Positions 8,329 to 11,854 of a stretch of DNA of 11,854 bases are shown here, in pieces (the first letter of the stretch is position 1; the number at the start of each line of letters is the position of its first letter). Under the pieces are notes generated by a model. The model worked only from the letters and a program-made list of their open reading frames with translations, had not been told where the DNA came from and made no database searches. Source of the DNA: Promethearchaeota archaeon (GTDB lineage Archaea; Asgardarchaeota; Lokiarchaeia; Sigyniarchaeales; SOKP01); contig JBHLNZ010000086.1 of the NCBI GenBank assembly GCA_048941015.1, forward strand, positions 1 through 11,854. Direction: 5' to 3'. The position numbers and the translations under genes were made by a program.

Positions 8329-9384
8329 ATGAAAAATCTACAAAATAATTTCTTGAATACCTTATCAAAAGAAAAATCAGAACATATCTCTGTCTACTGT
8401 ACAGGTTTTCCAGAAATTGAATTTATTAAAAATTATAATAAAAAATTTGGATTATCTTCTAATCTTTCTGATCTAATTCTATTGCAAAGAGATTATAATA
8501 CAATTAAACAGATAGGTTTTGATGCTGTTTCTATATGGGATTTTAGACGAGGGGAAGGAGGCTATAAACTTGATGCAGATAAGAGAGTTGATAGTTGGGG
8601 GCGAATTTATAGAAGAGAATGGTATTTATGGGATGGTGTTTTTAAAAGTGAAAAGATCATCGATAATTGGAAACATTTAACACTTCCGTCTTTAGAAAAT
8701 TTAAAAGAGTTAGAGGGATTTCTTCAAAAATTAAATCATCAATTTAATGTAGTTCTCTCTTTACCTGGATTATTTGAAAAGACATGGCAATCTATGGGTT
8801 TTTTATATTTTTCTAAATGTTTGAAAAAAAATATTGATTTTATAAAATATGTAATTACCTTTTTCAATACTTATCTTAAAAAATTGATTAAAAAGCTTCA
8901 AGGCGCAGGAACAACACTATTTCTAATTGCTGATGACTATGGTTATAAAGAAAGAACATTTTTGCCAAATAGATTATATAGAGAATTATTTTTTAATGAT
9001 TATAAAGATATAATCTCCCAGATTCATCAACAAGATCATAAGATAATTATTCATTCTGATGGGTATATTTCAGAACTTATCGATACTTTTATTGAACTCG
9101 ATTTCGATGCTGTTCAAAGTTTAGAACCAAATGCAGGGGTTGATATTTCTTCTCTATTTAAAAAATTTAATAGTCAAATATGTTTTATTGGGAATTTAGA
9201 TCTTTCATTATTAATTTATGGAAATCAGAATGATATAAAACATTATACCCTTGATCTTATTAAAAACGCAAACAAATATGATGCTTTATTAATCGTTAGC
9301 CCTACTCAACAAATAAATTCACGTGTATTACCAGAAAATGTTAAAACTATGATTGAAACGACCAAAAATTACAAGCATTTATAA
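8329..9384 (+). CDS. Uroporphyrinogen decarboxylase-fold protein (URO-D / MtaA-CmuA methyltransferase superfamily)
   Basis: VDSWG, IADDYG, HSDG, DAVQSLEP and FIGNLD are C-terminal TIM-barrel motifs of the URO-D-like family. It lies 13 nt after the preceding gene. True HemE function is not supported. Confidence 0.85.
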   Translation: MKNLQNNFLNTLSKEKSEHISVYCTGFPEIEFIKNYNKKFGLSSNLSDLILLQRDYNTIKQIGFDAVSIWDFRRGEGGYKLDADKRVDSWGRIYRREWYLWDGVFKSEKIIDNWKHLTLPSLENLKELEGFLQKLNHQFNVVLSLPGLFEKTWQSMGFLYFSKCLKKNIDFIKYVITFFNTYLKKLIKKLQGAGTTLFLIADDYGYKERTFLPNRLYRELFFNDYKDIISQIHQQDHKIIIHSDGYISELIDTFIELDFDAVQSLEPNAGVDISSLFKKFNSQICFIGNLDLSLLIYGNQNDIKHYTLDLIKNANKYDALLIVSPTQQINSRVLPENVKTMIETTKNYKHL

Positions 9385-9655
9385 TTCTTTAACATGGTAT
9401 CTGCATTTTGATAAATATAAAATATTAGAAAGTAGCTCTTAAACGAAATATGAATCTAATTACAAAATAGTCTAGAAAATATTCTTTTATGTAGATATTA
9501 CAAGACTTAATAAACAAATAATAAGGAACATTTTTATATATAAAACGAATAAAAAAAAATAAATATATAGTACCAATCTATTTTAAATATAAGTGATGTT
9601 TTAACTTATTTAATTCAAAAAAAAATATTTATCTAATAAATAATCAATATTTACA

Positions 9656-10039
9656 GTGATAGAACGAGTGGAAGCGAGTACACCTGATTCATTGGATGAC
9701 CTCTTAAAGAAATTACTCGGTGCAATCCCTGAAGTCAAAGCTGCGGCAATAGTATCTGCTGAAGGGTTACCTATCGCATCTGCACTACCTCAAGGAGTAG
9801 ATGAAACCCGTATTGCTGCAATGACTGCCGCGCTTCTCTCATTATCTGAAAGAGCTATCATTGAGATGAATAAAGGTGATTTTGATCAGCTATATGTTAA
9901 AGGAAGCGATGGTTATTTATTAATTCTACAAGCAGGCCCAAATGCCGTATTAACAGTGTCCACTAGTAAAGATGTAAGATTAGGATTAATTTTATTAGAT
10001 TGTCGGAGAACATGTGAAAAGATTGCTCAATTAATATAA
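9656..10039 (+). CDS. Roadblock/LC7 domain protein (MglB/LAMTOR2-like, conserved type)
   Basis: AAAIVSAEGLPIASALP...RIAAMTAALLSLSERA...LYVKG.DGY.LI..AG.NAVL.V...LGLI is the classic roadblock/MglB signature. Start is GTG 9656 or GTG 9668; no N-terminal ATG in frame. Confidence 0.95.
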   Translation: MIERVEASTPDSLDDLLKKLLGAIPEVKAAAIVSAEGLPIASALPQGVDETRIAAMTAALLSLSERAIIEMNKGDFDQLYVKGSDGYLLILQAGPNAVLTVSTSKDVRLGLILLDCRRTCEKIAQLI

Positions 10040-10135
10040 ATGAACAGTTATTTTCATTAGTTAGATGTTAAAAAATCACAAATTATTAATTTTATGTTTC
10101 ATTTACTCATCCATCTAAGTCTCATTACTTTAACT

Positions 10136-10139
10136 GGTG
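10136..10139 (+). promoter_or_regulatory. Putative partial Shine-Dalgarno (GGTG) for rpo7
   Basis: GGTG 7 nt upstream of ATT 10147, in an otherwise G-poor stretch; matches part of the archaeal GGAGGTGA consensus. Confidence 0.45.
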
Positions 10140-10146
10140 TTAAATT

Positions 10147-10749
10147 ATTTTCAAACTATTTCAAATAAATGGAAAAATTGAGATCCCTCCATTTCTTTTT
10201 GACCAAGAAAAAAAAATAAGTGCTAGAATCATTCTTAGTGAAGATTATGAGGGGATTATCACTAAAGATTATGGATTTATTATAGCTATCGTCGATGTTA
10301 TTGACGTTGGACCTGGCATAATTATTCCCGGTAATGCTAATACCTTCCATGAAGTTGAATTTACGATATTAACCTTCAAGCCTGTTATTTCGGAGGTAGT
10401 TGAAGGAGATGTTGTAGAGATAGTTGATTTTGGTTCCTTTGTAAGGCTTGGTCCTTTAGATGGATTGGTTCATGTATCACAAATTTGTGATGATTATATT
10501 TCATATGAACAAGTAGGAAACCGCTTTATTGGAAAAGAGACAGGTAAAATTCTAGAGGTTAACGATCAAGTGAGAGCTAAAATTATAGCAGTCTCATTAG
10601 GTACAGGTAGAAGCGGTAAATTAGGATTAACTATGCGTCAGAGATTTTTAGGAAAAATGGAATGGATTGAAAATGATATTGAAGAAGAATATGCTGAAAA
10701 AGAACAAAAAGATGCCAAAAAACCTGAAGATGAAGAAAATGAAGAATAA
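10147..10749 (+). CDS. rpoE1: DNA-directed RNA polymerase subunit Rpo7 (E'; Rpb7 homolog), about 200 aa, putative ATT start
   Basis: Manual translation of the frame of ORF 10465..10749 is open back to TAA 10141: (I)IFKLFQINGKIEIPPFLFDQEKKISARIILSEDYEGIITKDYGFIIAIVDVIDVGPGIIIPGNANTFHEVEFTILTFKPVISEVVEGDVVEIVDFGSFVRLGPLDGLVHVSQICDD..., which is the Rpo7 N-domain plus S1 domain. Followed by spt4. Confidence 0.95.
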   Translation: MFKLFQINGKIEIPPFLFDQEKKISARIILSEDYEGIITKDYGFIIAIVDVIDVGPGIIIPGNANTFHEVEFTILTFKPVISEVVEGDVVEIVDFGSFVRLGPLDGLVHVSQICDDYISYEQVGNRFIGKETGKILEVNDQVRAKIIAVSLGTGRSGKLGLTMRQRFLGKMEWIENDIEEEYAEKEQKDAKKPEDEENEE

Positions 10750-10773
10750 ATTATAAAAAGTTGATAAAATAAA

Positions 10774-10962
10774 ATGAAAGAAAAAGCTTGTAAAAATTGT
10801 CATTTGATAACAAAAAATGAATCTCTTTGCCCTAAATGTAAAACTCATTCTCTTTCAGAAGATTATACAGGAGAGGTTATTATTATTAAGCCTCAGGAAT
10901 CAAAATTTGCCGAATATTTAAAGATTCATTTTCCCGGTAAATATGCCTTAAGAGTACGTTAA
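10774..10962 (+). CDS. spt4: Transcription elongation factor Spt4 (RpoE'')
   Basis: KACKNCH...CPKC zinc ribbon, S.DYTG.VII..P..S..A..L....PGKYALRVR; directly downstream of rpoE1. Confidence 0.96.
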   Translation: MKEKACKNCHLITKNESLCPKCKTHSLSEDYTGEVIIIKPQESKFAEYLKIHFPGKYALRVR

Positions 10963-11546
10963 TTTCTCTCCATAATCGAAATAAATTTTTTTACCGTTTT
11001 TTGGATCCTGTTATTAACCTCAACCATAACTATTCCTTGAGGTATTGGATGTTTAGAATCAGTTAAAGGTGGCTGACCATAAAACACAAAATTTTTAGTA
11101 TCCGCAGTTAAAGGTAAACTTGTTACTAATGGTAATACTAATAAATCTTCTTCTCCTTTGGTAATCTTTAATAACGTAATTTTATTCGATTTTATAATTC
11201 TTTCTAATAGTTTAAAGCTTTCAGGACTAATCGTACCTTGAGGATTTTCAAATTCTATGATGTCCTGAAAAAATTCTTCAAATTTCAGCTTAATTTGGCT
11301 TCGCTGAGTTTTTTCATCAATAATACATATTTTTATAAATGAACGTAAAAATTCATTTGTCAGGAAATCTTGAGATACAATATCTCCAACTAAATAGAAA
11401 TTAATATTTATATTTGCTTTATAATATTTTTTAATAAAATTCTCTACCTTAGGAATTGTTTCTTCTCTGGTTCCCACAATTAATTTACCTAGAGGTTGGG
11501 AAAATTTATGGCGTTCTTTATTAGGAATTTTTAATCCATTATTCAT
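10959..11546 (-). CDS. DUF359 family GTP-dependent dephospho-CoA kinase
   Basis: PLGKL, VGD.VS, IIDEKTQR, NPQGTI, GEEDLLVLP and YGQP...GIV are the DUF359 motifs. Start is ATG 11546 or GTG 11555. Confidence 0.9.
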   Translation of the reverse strand: MNNGLKIPNKERHKFSQPLGKLIVGTREETIPKVENFIKKYYKANININFYLVGDIVSQDFLTNEFLRSFIKICIIDEKTQRSQIKLKFEEFFQDIIEFENPQGTISPESFKLLERIIKSNKITLLKITKGEEDLLVLPLVTSLPLTADTKNFVFYGQPPLTDSKHPIPQGIVMVEVNNRIQKTVKKFISIMERN

Positions 11547-11559
11547 TATTTTCACATTT

Positions 11560-11760
11560 TTAGTTAACTTTCGCTTTATTATAAATACTCATCGTAATTA
11601 TTATTAGGAATAACCATATGAAAATCCCTACTATAAAAATAACATAAAAATATCCAACTATAACATTCTTTAGCCAAAACAAACTAATAATTGTTAAAAT
11701 TAATAAAATTGTTTCAATGAATAGCATGATTTTTGCTTTAATTAGATATTTTTTATCCAT
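11560..11760 (-). CDS. Small membrane protein with two predicted TM helices
   Basis: About 66 aa from ATG 11760 (track uses TTG 11769). Two hydrophobic segments flanked by Lys-rich ends; abuts the DUF359 gene on the same strand. Confidence 0.55.
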   Translation of the reverse strand: MDKKYLIKAKIMLFIETILLILTIISLFWLKNVIVGYFYVIFIVGIFIWLFLIIITMSIYNKAKVN

Positions 11761-11854
11761 AAAAACCAAAATTTTATTTTTTATCTATCTTTAATCTATA
11801 ATAACTTTAGAACTATCTTTAAAACTTTTTATTCCAAAATAAAAAATATATTAG

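Noticed and set aside
8329-9384. Assignment as hemE or mtaA
   Set aside because: It lacks the HemE N-terminal RQAGR motif and the MtaA H-x-C...C zinc ligands; only a superfamily call is supportable.
9385-9655. 271-bp intergenic region as possible ncRNA, tRNA or CRISPR
   Set aside because: No GC-rich stems, cloverleaf or regularly spaced repeats; looks like an ordinary AT-rich terminator/promoter region.
10169-10219. -1 frameshift at the A9 run joining ATG 10169 to the Rpo7 frame
   Set aside because: The conserved N-terminal FKL...IPP segment lies upstream of the A-run in the main frame, so a frameshift product would lack it. ATT initiation is simpler.
10156-10350. 64-aa - strand ORF
   Set aside because: Antisense to the unannotated N-terminal half of rpo7.
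10465-10749. 94-aa ORF as the complete gene
   Set aside because: It is only the C-terminal part of Rpo7; the frame and homology extend to about 10147.
10648-10848. Phe-rich 66-aa - strand ORF
   Set aside because: Mirror of the GAA/AAA-rich codons of the Rpo7 tail and spt4.

Overview
Very AT-rich, gene-dense archaeal window with about 14 real CDS. It is most likely from an Asgard archaeon (Lokiarchaeia-like); this is inferred from a Rab-like small GTPase, two roadblock/LC7 proteins and archaeal rpoE'/spt4/DUF359. Left to right: membrane-embedded M28 peptidase (+), divergent roadblock protein (-), M20-family hydrolase with altered metal ligands (+), DUF362/2x[4Fe-4S] protein (-), Rab-like GTPase (+), orphan 111-aa protein (-), HAD-IIA phosphatase (-), CTP-dependent polyprenol/diacylglycerol kinase (-), ATC-hydrolase/V4R-like protein (+), URO-D-family protein (+), MglB-like roadblock protein (+), RNA polymerase Rpo7 (+), Spt4 (+), DUF359 dephospho-CoA kinase (-) and a small 2-TM protein (-). 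I found no RNA genes, CRISPR array or mobile element. Strongest observations: (1) the ORF track misses about half of rpo7, and the full gene has no ATG/GTG/TTG start and appears to initiate at ATT 10147; (2) DUF359 is flipped relative to the usual archaeal rpoE'-spt4-DUF359 operon; (3) the Rab-like GTPase has non-canonical G3/G4/G5 motifs and no lipidation tail; (4) the M20 enzyme has His->Met and Asp->Asn ligand substitutions; (5) a possible anti-Shine-Dalgarno stem lies upstream of the orphan gene. The sequence alone does not demonstrate a single coherent new multi-gene system.
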